The translations under genes were made by a program, and so were the position numbers. The notes under the pieces are model-generated. The model was not told the origin of the DNA, made no database searches, and worked only from the letters and a program-made list of their open reading frames with translations. A stretch of 64,000 nt of DNA from Candidatus Jorgensenbacteria bacterium GW2011_GWA1_48_11 (GTDB lineage Bacteria; Patescibacteriota; Minisyncoccia; UBA6257; GWB1-50-10): assembly GCA_001003475.1 (NCBI GenBank), contig LCPF01000001.1, forward strand, positions 234,571 through 298,570, in the 5' to 3' direction. Positions 39,857 to 52,332 of the stretch are shown piece after piece. The stretch's first letter is position 1, and each line of letters begins with the position of its first letter.

Positions 39857-40300
39857 ATGAAGAAACAAGAAGGCTTCACTTTAATTGAAATGCTCGTGGT
39901 CGTGGCCGTAATCGGCATCCTGTCCTCGGTTGTTTTGAACGCCCTTGGGCCAGCCAAGGAAAAGGCCAAAGACTCGCGGATCATCCAGGAGATAAATCAG
40001 GTGCGGTCTTTGGCCGAAACCATGTACAACGGTAATTACGGCACTCTCGAAACCCTGCCCAAAGAAACGATCAACAATTCGGATTTAAGGGCTTTGGCGG
40101 ACGATATCACCTTGCAGGGCGGCGAGTTGGTCATTCAGAAAGCTACCCCACCGACGAATTACATCGCCTATTCGAAATTGAATACGCTGGTCGGGGCGAG
40201 TGATAACCCGAAAATTAATTATTATTGCATTGATTCGAGCGGCCGTTCCGGGTTCACGACCGCCGATTTGACCGGCAAAATTCAATGTCCTTTTGAGTAG
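39857..40300 (+). CDS. Type IV pilin paralog
   Basis: EG|FTLIEML; YCIDS...C; N-terminal helix similar to the previous gene. Confidence 0.9.
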   Translation: MKKQEGFTLIEMLVVVAVIGILSSVVLNALGPAKEKAKDSRIIQEINQVRSLAETMYNGNYGTLETLPKETINNSDLRALADDITLQGGELVIQKATPPTNYIAYSKLNTLVGASDNPKINYYCIDSSGRSGFTTADLTGKIQCPFE

Positions 40301-40315
40301 GGTTTTTACCTGAAT

Positions 40316-41218
40316 GTGGCTTACGTCTTTTACTTGATTCTTTTTGTTTTAGGTTTGGGCTTCGGCAGTTTCCTGAATGTCCTTGCGATGCGCTACGATC
40401 CGAATCGTAGCGTTTTTGCGCCCGAAAGCCTGGGCGGCCGTTCTTATTGCCCGCATTGCCATAAAATTTTACGGGAATTCGAATTGATCCCGATTTTAAG
40501 TTTCCTGTTTCAGAGGGGCCGTTGCCGCTCCTGCCGCCACAAATTATCCCCGCAATACCCGATCGTCGAAATCTTGAGCGGTTTGATTTTCGTTTCCATT
40601 CCTCTATTCCTGAATTCTTTTTATCAGATCTCGAATTCGGCTTTTATCAATTTCAGTGCTCCGCGGGCGCATTACAGCATTATTTTTATTTGGCTCGTTG
40701 CCTTTTGGGTTTGGCTTTTGATCGCCGCAATCGACCTGAAGCATTATTTGATTCCCAACGAGTTAAGCCTGGTTTTTATCATTTTGGCGGCGATTTTGGT
40801 TATGGTCTTGATTTTCGGCCGTAGCTGGTTGCCGCCTTTCCACGATTCTTTTCTGCGGCACTATTCTCTTGTCTTTTCGCCGACCCAAAACGTAATTTTG
40901 AACCATTTGCTGGGCGGCATTTTCGGCGCCCTTTTCTTTTATTTTTTGTATTTTTTGAGCCGCGGCAAAGCCGTTGGTCTTGGGGACGCAAAATTGGCCG
41001 GCGCTTCCGGCCTCCTCATGGGTTGGCCGGATATCGTCTTGGCCACGGCTTTGGCTTTCGTCTTGGGCGGCATTTTCGGCGCCGTTCTTCTTATCGAAAA
41101 AAAGAAAACCTTGAGTAGCCGGTTGCCTTTCGCGCCGTTTTTGGTGGCCGGCTTTGCCTTGGTTTTTTTCTTCGGTTACTCGATCGTGGGCGGTTATTTC
41201 GGCTTGTTTAATTTGTAA
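40316..41218 (+). CDS. pilD: Prepilin peptidase
   Basis: GSFLNV, RS.CPHC, GRCR.C, IDL, GLGDAKL, PFAPFL. Confidence 0.93.
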   Translation: MAYVFYLILFVLGLGFGSFLNVLAMRYDPNRSVFAPESLGGRSYCPHCHKILREFELIPILSFLFQRGRCRSCRHKLSPQYPIVEILSGLIFVSIPLFLNSFYQISNSAFINFSAPRAHYSIIFIWLVAFWVWLLIAAIDLKHYLIPNELSLVFIILAAILVMVLIFGRSWLPPFHDSFLRHYSLVFSPTQNVILNHLLGGIFGALFFYFLYFLSRGKAVGLGDAKLAGASGLLMGWPDIVLATALAFVLGGIFGAVLLIEKKKTLSSRLPFAPFLVAGFALVFFFGYSIVGGYFGLFNL

Positions 41219-41255
41219 TTTTCGCCGTTCGAAAGCTGTTGTATAATGAGAGAGC

Positions 41256-41807
41256 ATGAAGGAATTTTCTTCCGCTTCAGCCCGCGCCGGCTTTACGCTT
41301 ATGGAATTGATCATAGTGATTGGGGTCACAATGGTCCTTTCGGCGGTGGTCTTGGGCTACAGCCGTTCGAGCGAAAACCAAATCGCTCTATATAAGGATC
41401 AGGCGGCGATTGTGGGGTTTTTAAACGAAGCTAAATCTTTGGCCATTCAGAAATACAATCAACCGGGAACCACAGGTTACATCGCCTGCGCTTTCGGCGT
41501 TCATTTCGAAACAGCGAACACATTCGTTATCTTTCAGGATTTGGAACCGGGCGATGTTTGCCCCAGGAGCAGGACCTACGCTTATAATGCCGGCGCCGAC
41601 CCGACCGAACTCATTAAAAGCGCGACGCTCGATTCGGGCATAAGTTTTTCCGATTTATCGGGCGGCAGCAGTTTGGATATCGAATTCATCGCTCCGGAAG
41701 TGACCGTGACGTCGACCGTCGTGAATCCGAGCGTCACCTTGCGGACAGTGAGCGGCATTTCCGCCAGGATTGAGGTCGGCTCGGGCGGCCAAATAGTCAC
41801 CCAATAA
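41256..41807 (+). CDS. Minor pilin (FimT/GspH-like)
   Basis: AG|FTLMELI. Confidence 0.82.
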   Translation: MKEFSSASARAGFTLMELIIVIGVTMVLSAVVLGYSRSSENQIALYKDQAAIVGFLNEAKSLAIQKYNQPGTTGYIACAFGVHFETANTFVIFQDLEPGDVCPRSRTYAYNAGADPTELIKSATLDSGISFSDLSGGSSLDIEFIAPEVTVTSTVVNPSVTLRTVSGISARIEVGSGGQIVTQ

Positions 41808-41812
41808 ACCTC

Positions 41813-42340
41813 ATGGCTACTAATAACCGTACCGGCAGCTTGATGATCGAATCCCTGGTTGCGATCAGTATCACCCTCGTCAGTCTTTTGGGGATTTTCG
41901 CTCTTCTGTCGCAAAGCATCGCTTTAAACAAGAACGCCAGCCAAAAATTTGTCGCCGTTTATTTGGCGGCGGAAGGCATTGAGATCGCGAGGAGCATTGT
42001 TGACGCCAATTATACGGCCTCGACTTACCCGAGCTCGACGAGTTGGAACAGTGGCATTAATAACGGCAGTTTTGAATTGGGTTATGACAGCGACGTTTCA
42101 GCCCTGGATTTATCCAAGGATTTGGGCGGTTTGAGCGCGACGCCTCTTAATATCGATGCCGGGAGCGGCATTTACGGCTATGGCGCCGGCCAACCGACGC
42201 CTTTCATGCGGACCGTGATCATTTCCACCCCTAACGCCTCCGACCACGAGATAAAAGTCGTCTCCCTGGTCCAGTGGCCGGAAAGAGGCGCGCTGCAGAG
42301 CGTTTCCTTGGAGGATCATTTTTTCAATTGGCGACCATGA
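41813..42340 (+). CDS. Minor pilin (PilV-like)
   Basis: TG|SLMIESL; A.YLAAEGIE..R. Confidence 0.8.
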   Translation: MATNNRTGSLMIESLVAISITLVSLLGIFALLSQSIALNKNASQKFVAVYLAAEGIEIARSIVDANYTASTYPSSTSWNSGINNGSFELGYDSDVSALDLSKDLGGLSATPLNIDAGSGIYGYGAGQPTPFMRTVIISTPNASDHEIKVVSLVQWPERGALQSVSLEDHFFNWRP

Positions 42341-42952
42341 GAAAATTAACCGATAACAAACAACTTATAACTAATAACAAGCGTTATCGGTTATCATTTA
42401 TAAGTTATAGGTCGAGAGCCGGTTTTACGATCGTCGAGCTCATCGTGGCCATGGGGGTGTTTTTAATCGCCATCACTTTGGCAATCGGGGTTTTTGTCCA
42501 GGCGTTGAAAACTCAGCGGATCGTCAATTATTTAATGTCCGTGAACAGCAACGCCTCAATCGCTTTGGAGGGTTTGGCCAGGGAACTCAGAACGGGTTAC
42601 GCCTTTAGTTTGAGCGAACTTGATCCGCCGCCGCCGAACCCCTGCCTTAATCCCCAATTCGACAGAATTTCTTTCAAGAATTCCAACAGCAAGCTCGTGA
42701 CATACGATATTGAGAACGGCGTTCTGGCACGGCAAGAATGCGACAGCGCCGGTTGCGCCGGAGCAGAACCGTTTATGGCCATAACCGCTTCCAATATTTT
42801 GGTGAGCCGCCTTTGTTTTACGAAGACCCAGCCAACATCGAATGATCCTTGGCGGATCTCCATTTTTTTGACGGTCGGTTCGCCCAACCCCGATTTAGCC
42901 ACAAACGTGCTCAATTTGGAGACAACAGTCAGTTCGAGAATTTTACCCCAAG

Positions 42953-42963
<11 letters not shown>
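42337..42963 (+). CDS. Minor pilin (PilW-like)
   Basis: AG|FTIVELI; ATGA overlap with the upstream gene; heptamer tract in the leader. Confidence 0.8.
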
Positions 42964-45396
<2,433 letters not shown>

Positions 45397-45422
45397 TCGG
45401 TTCGTCGCGGTATAATTCTTTC

Positions 45423-45740
45423 ATGCTTTCCAAAAAAGATTTGGAAAACTTGGCGGCTTTGGCCAGGCTCCGGATTGATGCGAAAAACGAAAAGAAATTG
45501 ATCCAAGATCTAGAAAAGATCCTGGGGCACTTTAACGAGCTGAAAAACGTCGATACGCAGAACGTGGAACCAATGACCGGCGGCACGGCGTTCACGAATA
45601 TCTTCCGGGAAGACGACGCCATTGGCGGCGGTTTGGATAAAACCTCGGCTCTGGAGCAATTTCCGGAAAAAAAGGACGGTTTTTTGAAAATCCCGCCGGT
45701 TTTTTCCGACAAAGGCGGATTCGTCTTGGACGAAGAATAA
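45423..45740 (+). CDS. gatC: Asp/Glu-tRNA amidotransferase subunit C
   Basis: LA.LARL, VDT..VEP, REDD; directly upstream of gatA. Confidence 0.9.
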   Translation: MLSKKDLENLAALARLRIDAKNEKKLIQDLEKILGHFNELKNVDTQNVEPMTGGTAFTNIFREDDAIGGGLDKTSALEQFPEKKDGFLKIPPVFSDKGGFVLDEE

Positions 45741-45741
45741 T

Positions 45742-47199
45742 ATGGCTCATCTGCACGATCTCACCCTCAAAAGTTTTCACGCCGGGCTTTTAAGAAAAGA
45801 TTTTTCCGCTTTGGAAATCGCCCGGGATTTTTTCGATTATATCGATTTGCACGACAAAAAAATTCACGCCTATCTGAGCTTGTTGAAAGACGAAGCGGTA
45901 AAACAAGCAAGCGAAGTTGACGTGGCTTTGGCCAAAGAAGGGGAATTGGGTTTTTTGGCCGGCGCCCCCTTGGCCATAAAAGACAATATGCTGATTGACG
46001 GTACCCAAACCACGGCGGCTTCGAAAATTTTGGAAAATTACACGGCGGCTTATGATGCCGCCGTGATTGGGAAATTGAAAGCGGAAAAGGCGGTTTTTCT
46101 CGGCAAAACCAATTTGGATGAATTTGCCATGGGCTCTTCGACCGAAAACTCGGCATATGGCGCGACCATAAATCCTTATGACGAATCCCGCGTGCCGGGC
46201 GGTTCATCCGGCGGTTCGGCGGCGGCCGTGGCGGCGAATATGGCCTTGGCGGCTTTGGGCTCGGATACGGGCGGTTCGGTCCGTCAGCCGGCGGCCTTTT
46301 GCGGCGTGGTCGGCCTGAAGCCGACCTATGGCGCGGTTTCGCGACATGGCCTTATTGCCATGGCTTCGAGTTTGGACCAAATCGGGCCGATCACGAAAAC
46401 TGTGGAAGATGCCGCAATTTTATTCCAGGCCATCCGGGGTAAGGATGAATTTGACAGCACGAGCGTGAACAACGCTTATGAGGATATTTTGGAACCGCCG
46501 GAATTGGAAAAAATCCGAAAATTGAAAATCGGCATTCCCAAAGAATATTTCACCAACGATCTGGAAAGCGGGGTGGCCGAGGCCGTGGAGCAGGCGATCA
46601 GAAATTTTAAATCCCTGAAAATAGAATTCAAAGAAGTCAGCTTGCCGCACACGAAATATGCGCTTTCAGTCTATTACATCATTATGCCGGCCGAAGTTTC
46701 CACGAATTTGGCGAGATTCGACGGCATAAGGTATGCGCGGCTTAAGGAAGCGGAGAAAGCCAAAAACCTTCTCGAAATTTATCTGGAACAAAAAAGTCGG
46801 GGTTTTGGCGCCGAATCAAAGCGGCGGATTCTACTCGGCACTTTCGTGCTTTCCGCCGGCTATTACGACGCTTATTACGGTAAGGCTCAGCGGGTGCGCC
46901 GCTTGATCAAGAATGATTTTGACAGCGCTTTCAAGGAGGTGGACGTGATCTTGGCGCCGACGACGCCGGACGCGGCTTTCAAGCTCGGCGAAAAGACCGC
47001 CGATCCGCTTCAGATGTACCTTTCGGATATTTTTACGATTCCGGCGAGCTTAACCGGCCTGCCCGCCATCTCCATCCCGGTCAAAAAATATTCTTTGGCC
47101 GACAGGGAATTGCCCGTCGGCTTCCAGCTGATCGGCCGGCCTTTCCGCGAAAAAGACATTTTGGACCTGGGTCAATTCTACGAAAAGATCGGTTCCTAA
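45742..47199 (+). CDS. gatA: Asp/Glu-tRNA amidotransferase subunit A
   Basis: IKDN, GKTNLDEFAMGSSTE, PGGSSGGS, GSDTGGSVRQPA. Confidence 0.96.
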   Translation: MAHLHDLTLKSFHAGLLRKDFSALEIARDFFDYIDLHDKKIHAYLSLLKDEAVKQASEVDVALAKEGELGFLAGAPLAIKDNMLIDGTQTTAASKILENYTAAYDAAVIGKLKAEKAVFLGKTNLDEFAMGSSTENSAYGATINPYDESRVPGGSSGGSAAAVAANMALAALGSDTGGSVRQPAAFCGVVGLKPTYGAVSRHGLIAMASSLDQIGPITKTVEDAAILFQAIRGKDEFDSTSVNNAYEDILEPPELEKIRKLKIGIPKEYFTNDLESGVAEAVEQAIRNFKSLKIEFKEVSLPHTKYALSVYYIIMPAEVSTNLARFDGIRYARLKEAEKAKNLLEIYLEQKSRGFGAESKRRILLGTFVLSAGYYDAYYGKAQRVRRLIKNDFDSAFKEVDVILAPTTPDAAFKLGEKTADPLQMYLSDIFTIPASLTGLPAISIPVKKYSLADRELPVGFQLIGRPFREKDILDLGQFYEKIGS

Positions 47200-47208
47200 G
47201 ATTTTTTG

Positions 47209-47283
47209 CGCAGCCGACGGGATTCGAACCCGTGATCTTCTCCGTGACAGGGAGACGTGTTAACCAGGCTACACTACGGCTGC
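47209..47283 (-). tRNA. tRNA-Asp(GTC)
   Basis: Anticodon arm TCTCC-CTGTCAC-GGAGA. Confidence 0.94.
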
Positions 47284-47344
47284 ATCAATGCCACTTTATC
47301 AAGATTTGGGAAAAATGACAATAATCCCTTCCCATTTTTTGGTA

Positions 47345-47785
47345 TTAGTAGTGTTTAATAGTGATTATTGGCGTACAGGCTTTTATAAATTCTTCTAGAG
47401 TTGATTCCATAACTCCCCCTTGCTCTATAATCGGTTTTTCGTTTGTTCTTTTGGAAGCGGCGTGGATGATTGCGTCGTTGCCGACATAAACGCCGACATG
47501 GCCGATGCCTTGCGGAAAACGGGGATTGTAATGGCCGTGCGTGCCGTGGGCGAAAATAAGGTCACCGACCTCCAGATTTTCCAAGTTCGTTTCTCGGCCT
47601 TCGGCCGCTTGCTCGATCGTGCTTCGTGGGATGGCGATCCCTATTTGCTTCAAAATATATTGCGTGAATGAAGAGCAGTCAAAAAAATCCGGCGCCTCCT
47701 CCTCCTTGGCGCCATATTTGTAGGGTTTACCGATCAGGCTTTTGGCCAAAGCCACGATTTTTTCTTTTTGTGTTTCGGTCGTCAT
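47345..47785 (-). CDS. NlpC/P60 family peptidase
   Basis: GKPYKYG, FDCSSF, GDLIF, HVGVY, HA. Confidence 0.92.
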   Translation of the reverse strand: MTTETQKEKIVALAKSLIGKPYKYGAKEEEAPDFFDCSSFTQYILKQIGIAIPRSTIEQAAEGRETNLENLEVGDLIFAHGTHGHYNPRFPQGIGHVGVYVGNDAIIHAASKRTNEKPIIEQGGVMESTLEEFIKACTPIITIKHY

Positions 47786-47789
47786 TCTG

Positions 47790-47861
47790 TGCCGGCAGCA
47801 GGGATTGAACCTGCGACCTAGGGCTTATGAGTCCCTCGCTCTGCCACTGAGCTATGCCGGC
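47790..47861 (-). tRNA. tRNA with CAT anticodon (elongator Met or Ile2)
   Basis: Canonical cloverleaf, loop CTCATAA. Confidence 0.9.
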
Positions 47862-47870
47862 AAAATATTG

Positions 47871-47943
47871 TTGCGGGAATTGGAACTGCCCCAACTTAAA
47901 CAAGGTTATGAGCCTTGCGAGATACTAATACCTCCCTCCCGCA
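47871..47943 (-). tRNA. Atypical tRNA-Met(CAT), initiator-like
   Basis: Paired acceptor TGCGGGA/TCCCGCA and anticodon arm CAAGG-CTCATAA-CCTTG; non-canonical D and T loops. Confidence 0.7.
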
Positions 47944-48013
47944 CCATTAAGATATAACGATTTTCCAAATTTGGCAAATTTGGATATAATGGATTTAAAA
48001 TAAACCTTGATTT

Positions 48014-49165
48014 ATGGCGGGATTGAATGAAAGAAAGACGATAGAAGATCCGGCGGTCCGGGCCGTGCTTGATCGCTTGGAAAAAAAAGAAGACATCAAA
48101 AGCTTGCGCATTAAGCGGCTTTTGGCCGCGCCCGACCTCACTCGAACCGCAGGCTCGCCCTTGAAGATGATCATTGATGCGATTATCGCGATGCCGCGTT
48201 TCCGTGATTTTGACCTTCTCCAAGTGCCGGAAATCGTGAGCGTCAAGAATAATTTTGATCTGTTGAATACGCCCTTGGACCACCCGAGTCGGCGGGAAAC
48301 GGATACTTATTATCCGGAAAAAGAATGGGTTTTGCGGACGCATACGACCGTGATGTGGCCCTATCATTTGTCGGATGAAGTCAGGAATAAATTGGAAGAA
48401 AAAAACGAAGTCGGCGCTCTTTGCTACGGCAAGGTTTACCGAAAGGATGAGATCGACCGTTCCCATTATCCCGTTTTCCATCAGATTGACGGCTGGTATC
48501 TTTGTCGCAAGGACAAAAAAATAATCGGCATCCCGGAGCTCGAGGAGGTCTTGCTCGATATCGCGAAGAATATTTACGGGCCGGCGGTGAATTACAAATT
48601 TTCGGAAGACACTTTTCCGTTTACGGATCCGAGTATTGAAATGGCCATTGAATCGAACGGCAATTGGTTCGAAATTCTCGGCGCGGGCGTGGTTCATACC
48701 GAAGTTTTGAGAAAGTTGGGGATTGATCCGAACGTCTGGAACGGCTGGGCCTTCGGCTTCGGCCTGGAACGTCTCGTGATGGCCAAAATGAACGTCCCGG
48801 ACATCCGCATTTTCTGGTCCAAAGACCCGCGGATCACGAGCCAGTTCAGGAATTTAGAGAGCGTTTATCGCGAGGTGAGCAAATATCCGATGACCTACCG
48901 CGATATCTCGTTTGTCATCGGCAATGGCGTCGATTTGAAAAACTATTACGAGATGGTGAGGGATTGCGCTCAAGACTTGGTTGAAGAGGTGAAATTGCTC
49001 GATACCTATGAGAACGAAGAGAAGTTCGGCAGGGACAAAAAAAGTTACACCTTTCGCATTGTCTATCGCTCGCCGGAAAGAACGCTTACGAACGAAGAGG
49101 TGGACAAGATCCAAAAAGAAATAGAAACCCGCACGAAAGAAGAATTCGGCGCTGCGGTTCGGTAA
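48014..49165 (+). CDS. Single-chain phenylalanine--tRNA ligase (catalytic domain plus FDX-ACB)
   Basis: HPSR...DTYY, LRTHT, YRKDEID.SHYPVFHQ, FPFT.PS, GWAFGFGLERL; then RDISF...YRSPERTLTNEEV. Confidence 0.92.
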   Translation: MAGLNERKTIEDPAVRAVLDRLEKKEDIKSLRIKRLLAAPDLTRTAGSPLKMIIDAIIAMPRFRDFDLLQVPEIVSVKNNFDLLNTPLDHPSRRETDTYYPEKEWVLRTHTTVMWPYHLSDEVRNKLEEKNEVGALCYGKVYRKDEIDRSHYPVFHQIDGWYLCRKDKKIIGIPELEEVLLDIAKNIYGPAVNYKFSEDTFPFTDPSIEMAIESNGNWFEILGAGVVHTEVLRKLGIDPNVWNGWAFGFGLERLVMAKMNVPDIRIFWSKDPRITSQFRNLESVYREVSKYPMTYRDISFVIGNGVDLKNYYEMVRDCAQDLVEEVKLLDTYENEEKFGRDKKSYTFRIVYRSPERTLTNEEVDKIQKEIETRTKEEFGAAVR

Positions 49166-49235
49166 GTTTTTGAATTTTTAGATTTACCGTCATAACACGC
49201 GATCGCAAGTTATGTTGGTAATGTTTCTAAAATTT

Positions 49236-51350
49236 TCACTCCCAATGGACTTCTTTTTGGAATTGATTTAACCGTTCCGAAAGGCTCGGGTGGTTTTTGA
49301 GCGCCGGGTCGCTTTTGAGGATTTTGACCGCGGCTTCACGGGCGACTTTGACCAGTTCCGGATTTTGAATGGCGGTCATAGCGATGTCCGGCAGGCCTGT
49401 TTGGCTTTGGCCTAGGAATTCGCCCGGCCCCCGGAGTTTAAGGTCTTTTTCCGCCAATTCAAAGCCGTTTTTCGCTTCAACGATGGATTTTAGTCTCTCG
49501 CGGGTGGCGCTCGAAGCAGAATCGGTGAATAAAAAGCAAAAAGATTGATGTTCGCCCCGGCCGACGCGGCCGCGGAATTGATAAAGCTGGGCCAGGCCGA
49601 ACCTGTCTGCTCCCTCAATCATCATCACCGTGGCGTTCGGGATATCGATGCCGACCTCAACGACCGAAGTTGAAACCAGGATATCGGCCCGTTTCTCATA
49701 AAAATCCTTTATAACTTTTTCTTTTTCGGCTGGTTTCATTTTCCCGTGGAGCATGACGATTTTGAGATCGGGAAATATTTTTTTTGAAAGTTTTTCGTAT
49801 TCTTCCTTGACCGATTTCACTTCTAATTTCTGCCATTCGTTCCAATCATTACCTTCGCTCACTTCCTGTTTTTCGATCCGGGGGCAGATGACGAAGGCTT
49901 GGCGGTCGCGTTTGATCTGGCCGCGGATGAAAGAGTAGGCCTTGGCGCGGTCGGCGGCCGCGACCGCCCTCGTAATTATCGGCTTGCGGTTCTTGGGCAT
50001 TTCCGTAATGAGCGATATGTCGAGGTCGCCGAAGATCGTAAGGCTTAAGGTTCGGGGAATGGGCGTGGCTGACATCGAGAGAAAATGCGGCACCAGTTTC
50101 TTGTTTTTCGTGAGGTGGGCGCGCTGTTCTACGCCAAAACGGTGTTGTTCGTCCACGATGACCAGGGCCAGATTCTGAAAACCGATCTTTTTCTGGATCA
50201 GGGCATGGGTGCCGACCACGATCTTTACCCTGCCGGCCGCAATTTCTTTCACGAGTTTGGTTTTTTCTTTTCTGGCTTCCAAACCGGCGCCGTAAAAAAT
50301 CTTGGCGTCGTTTGCGGTTAAGAGCGCCAGGCCGCCTTCATGGGCCGGGAAAAATTGGGTCATGGTTTTAAAATGCTGTTGGGCCAGTATTTCCGTGGGA
50401 GCCATGAAAGCGCTTTGGCAATTGTCCTCGGCGGTTAAAATGGCCGCGATCGCGGCAATGATGGTTTTGCCCGAACCGACGTCGCCTTGAAGCAGCCGGT
50501 TCATGGGGTGGGTTTTACCGAGGTCCTGAACGATTTCCCAGAGAGATTTTTTTTGGGAAGGCATCAGTTCGAAGGGCAGGGCGGCGAGCAATTTCTTGAT
50601 GTCTTTGATCCCGGTTTTCACGGCCGTGGTTTTTTCCCGGGCCAGCCTCAATTTTTGCTTGAGGTTCTGCATTTGGAGCAGGAATATGTCCTCGAAAGCG
50701 AAACGTTTCTTGGCAGCCAAGGCGTCCTCGAGGCTGTTCGGGAAATGGATGTCGCGGATGGCCCGGTTTATTTCCGGCAATTTCTGGCCCTGGAGGATTT
50801 CTTTCGGGACGATTTCGTCGATTTTTTCGATTTGGTCAATAATCGGTTTCACGAGGTAGCGCAAGCCCTTCGAGGTCAGGCCTTTGGTTTCCGGGTAAAC
50901 CGGCACGATTCGGCCGGTATGTCTGGTTTCGCGATAGGGATCGCTTACCAGTTCATAGACCGGATTTGAAAGATAGATTTCTTCGCTATTGGCGACGACC
51001 TTGCCGGAAAAGTTGGCAATCCGGCCTGGCCGCAGAACATTCTTGATGTAGGGCTGGTTGAACCAGACGATCCGGATCGAGCCGGAATCGTCCGAGACCA
51101 AGGCTTCAACCAGGAACAGGTGGCGGCGCCAGGTGCGCCGGCCGCCGATTTCCTTGATTTCGCCCTGGATCGTCGCTTCCTGGTTGGGCTCAAGATCGGC
51201 GATCCGGTAGATTTGGGAAAAATCCTCGTAGCGGGTCGGGAAGTGGTAAAGGATTTCCCGGACCGTTTCGATTTTCAGTTTCTTGAGTTTGGTTAAAAAT
51301 TTGAGGCCGATGCCGTGGACCTCGGCGAGCGGTGTGGCTGGTTCCAACAT
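49236..51350 (-). CDS. recG: ATP-dependent DNA helicase RecG
   Basis: RLLQGDVGSGKT, DEQHRFG, SATPIPRT, Q.RGRVGRG, RGPGE. Confidence 0.97.
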   Translation of the reverse strand: MLEPATPLAEVHGIGLKFLTKLKKLKIETVREILYHFPTRYEDFSQIYRIADLEPNQEATIQGEIKEIGGRRTWRRHLFLVEALVSDDSGSIRIVWFNQPYIKNVLRPGRIANFSGKVVANSEEIYLSNPVYELVSDPYRETRHTGRIVPVYPETKGLTSKGLRYLVKPIIDQIEKIDEIVPKEILQGQKLPEINRAIRDIHFPNSLEDALAAKKRFAFEDIFLLQMQNLKQKLRLAREKTTAVKTGIKDIKKLLAALPFELMPSQKKSLWEIVQDLGKTHPMNRLLQGDVGSGKTIIAAIAAILTAEDNCQSAFMAPTEILAQQHFKTMTQFFPAHEGGLALLTANDAKIFYGAGLEARKEKTKLVKEIAAGRVKIVVGTHALIQKKIGFQNLALVIVDEQHRFGVEQRAHLTKNKKLVPHFLSMSATPIPRTLSLTIFGDLDISLITEMPKNRKPIITRAVAAADRAKAYSFIRGQIKRDRQAFVICPRIEKQEVSEGNDWNEWQKLEVKSVKEEYEKLSKKIFPDLKIVMLHGKMKPAEKEKVIKDFYEKRADILVSTSVVEVGIDIPNATVMMIEGADRFGLAQLYQFRGRVGRGEHQSFCFLFTDSASSATRERLKSIVEAKNGFELAEKDLKLRGPGEFLGQSQTGLPDIAMTAIQNPELVKVAREAAVKILKSDPALKNHPSLSERLNQFQKEVHWE

Positions 51351-51387
51351 GCCGCCTATTTTAGCATATTTTCCGGCGATCGGGAAT

Positions 51388-52251
51388 CTAAACGCCGAAA
51401 CTTTTTCGCCAGCGTTGGATATAGTCTTGAATGCTGAAAAAAACCGGGTCGGTCTTCAATTCGTCGTCACTGATTTCTTTGCGGAAAGCGGCCTTGCCAG
51501 CTAAAATCGCTTTAACGATTTCCAGAGCCTCCCGATATCTGTTGGCTACGTCTGTTTTGCCGTTTTTGAGAGCGTACGCTTTAAAGGCTTCCAGCTGAAT
51601 TTTGATTTCCTCAAGGATCATGAATTGGATTTTGTGTCTGGCTAGCTCTTTATTGTCGCGTTCCATCCAAACAGGAATTAATTCTTGGATGGTCTTGCGG
51701 CTGGCGCCGATAATGACAGCTGGTACGTTTCTTAATTCGCCGCGGATATGCAAACGTTCCGATGAAAAATATTTGATTCGCGGCAGGCGGCCAGCCTTGA
51801 TCTGATCCGTAATCCTGCCGAATTTTTTTGAAGTGTCGGCGGTGAAAGTGACGTCTATGCCCAAACCCAAATGGGTCGCTTCCTGCGGTTTTTCGAATTC
51901 AACTATGGCGTCAATGCCGTTTTCGTAATCGTCATAGCGAGAAGTTTTCCTCGTGAAAGCATTGGGTCCAAACCAGTCATTTAATTCGCCCTGCTCAATG
52001 ACAATTGCTTCGAAGACGTCGGCTAGCATTTTCATTTCCCGGGATTCCGGTGCCTGATTGGCCCGAAAACCGGCCTCCCGTGAGTTCGCGTTATCGATAT
52101 CGTGCTTGATCCTTGCCGCGTCATAAAGATCGGTAAAATCAGTTTCTCTGATGGCGGCCGCGGCGAGAACGCCTCGCGCTTTTTTGAGGGCGATTTCTAG
52201 GTCGGCACGTTCCAATGCGTCTTCAAATGGTTGTTCGTAAGGATGGCTCAT
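51388..52251 (-). CDS. Hypothetical protein
   Basis: Long ORF; ORF-track start lies in the tRNA, so ATG 52251 (MSHPY) is preferred. Confidence 0.75.
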   Translation of the reverse strand: MSHPYEQPFEDALERADLEIALKKARGVLAAAAIRETDFTDLYDAARIKHDIDNANSREAGFRANQAPESREMKMLADVFEAIVIEQGELNDWFGPNAFTRKTSRYDDYENGIDAIVEFEKPQEATHLGLGIDVTFTADTSKKFGRITDQIKAGRLPRIKYFSSERLHIRGELRNVPAVIIGASRKTIQELIPVWMERDNKELARHKIQFMILEEIKIQLEAFKAYALKNGKTDVANRYREALEIVKAILAGKAAFRKEISDDELKTDPVFFSIQDYIQRWRKSFGV

Positions 52252-52259
52252 GGTTTTAG

Positions 52260-52330
52260 TCCCCCCACTAGGAATCGAACCTAGATACACGGTTTAAGAG
52301 ACCGGTGCTTTACCATTAAGCTATGAGGGG
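52260..52330 (-). tRNA. tRNA-Lys(CTT)
   Basis: Acceptor CCCCTCA/TGGGGGG, anticodon loop CTCTTAA, T-loop TTCGATT. Confidence 0.9.
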
Positions 52331-52332
52331 AT

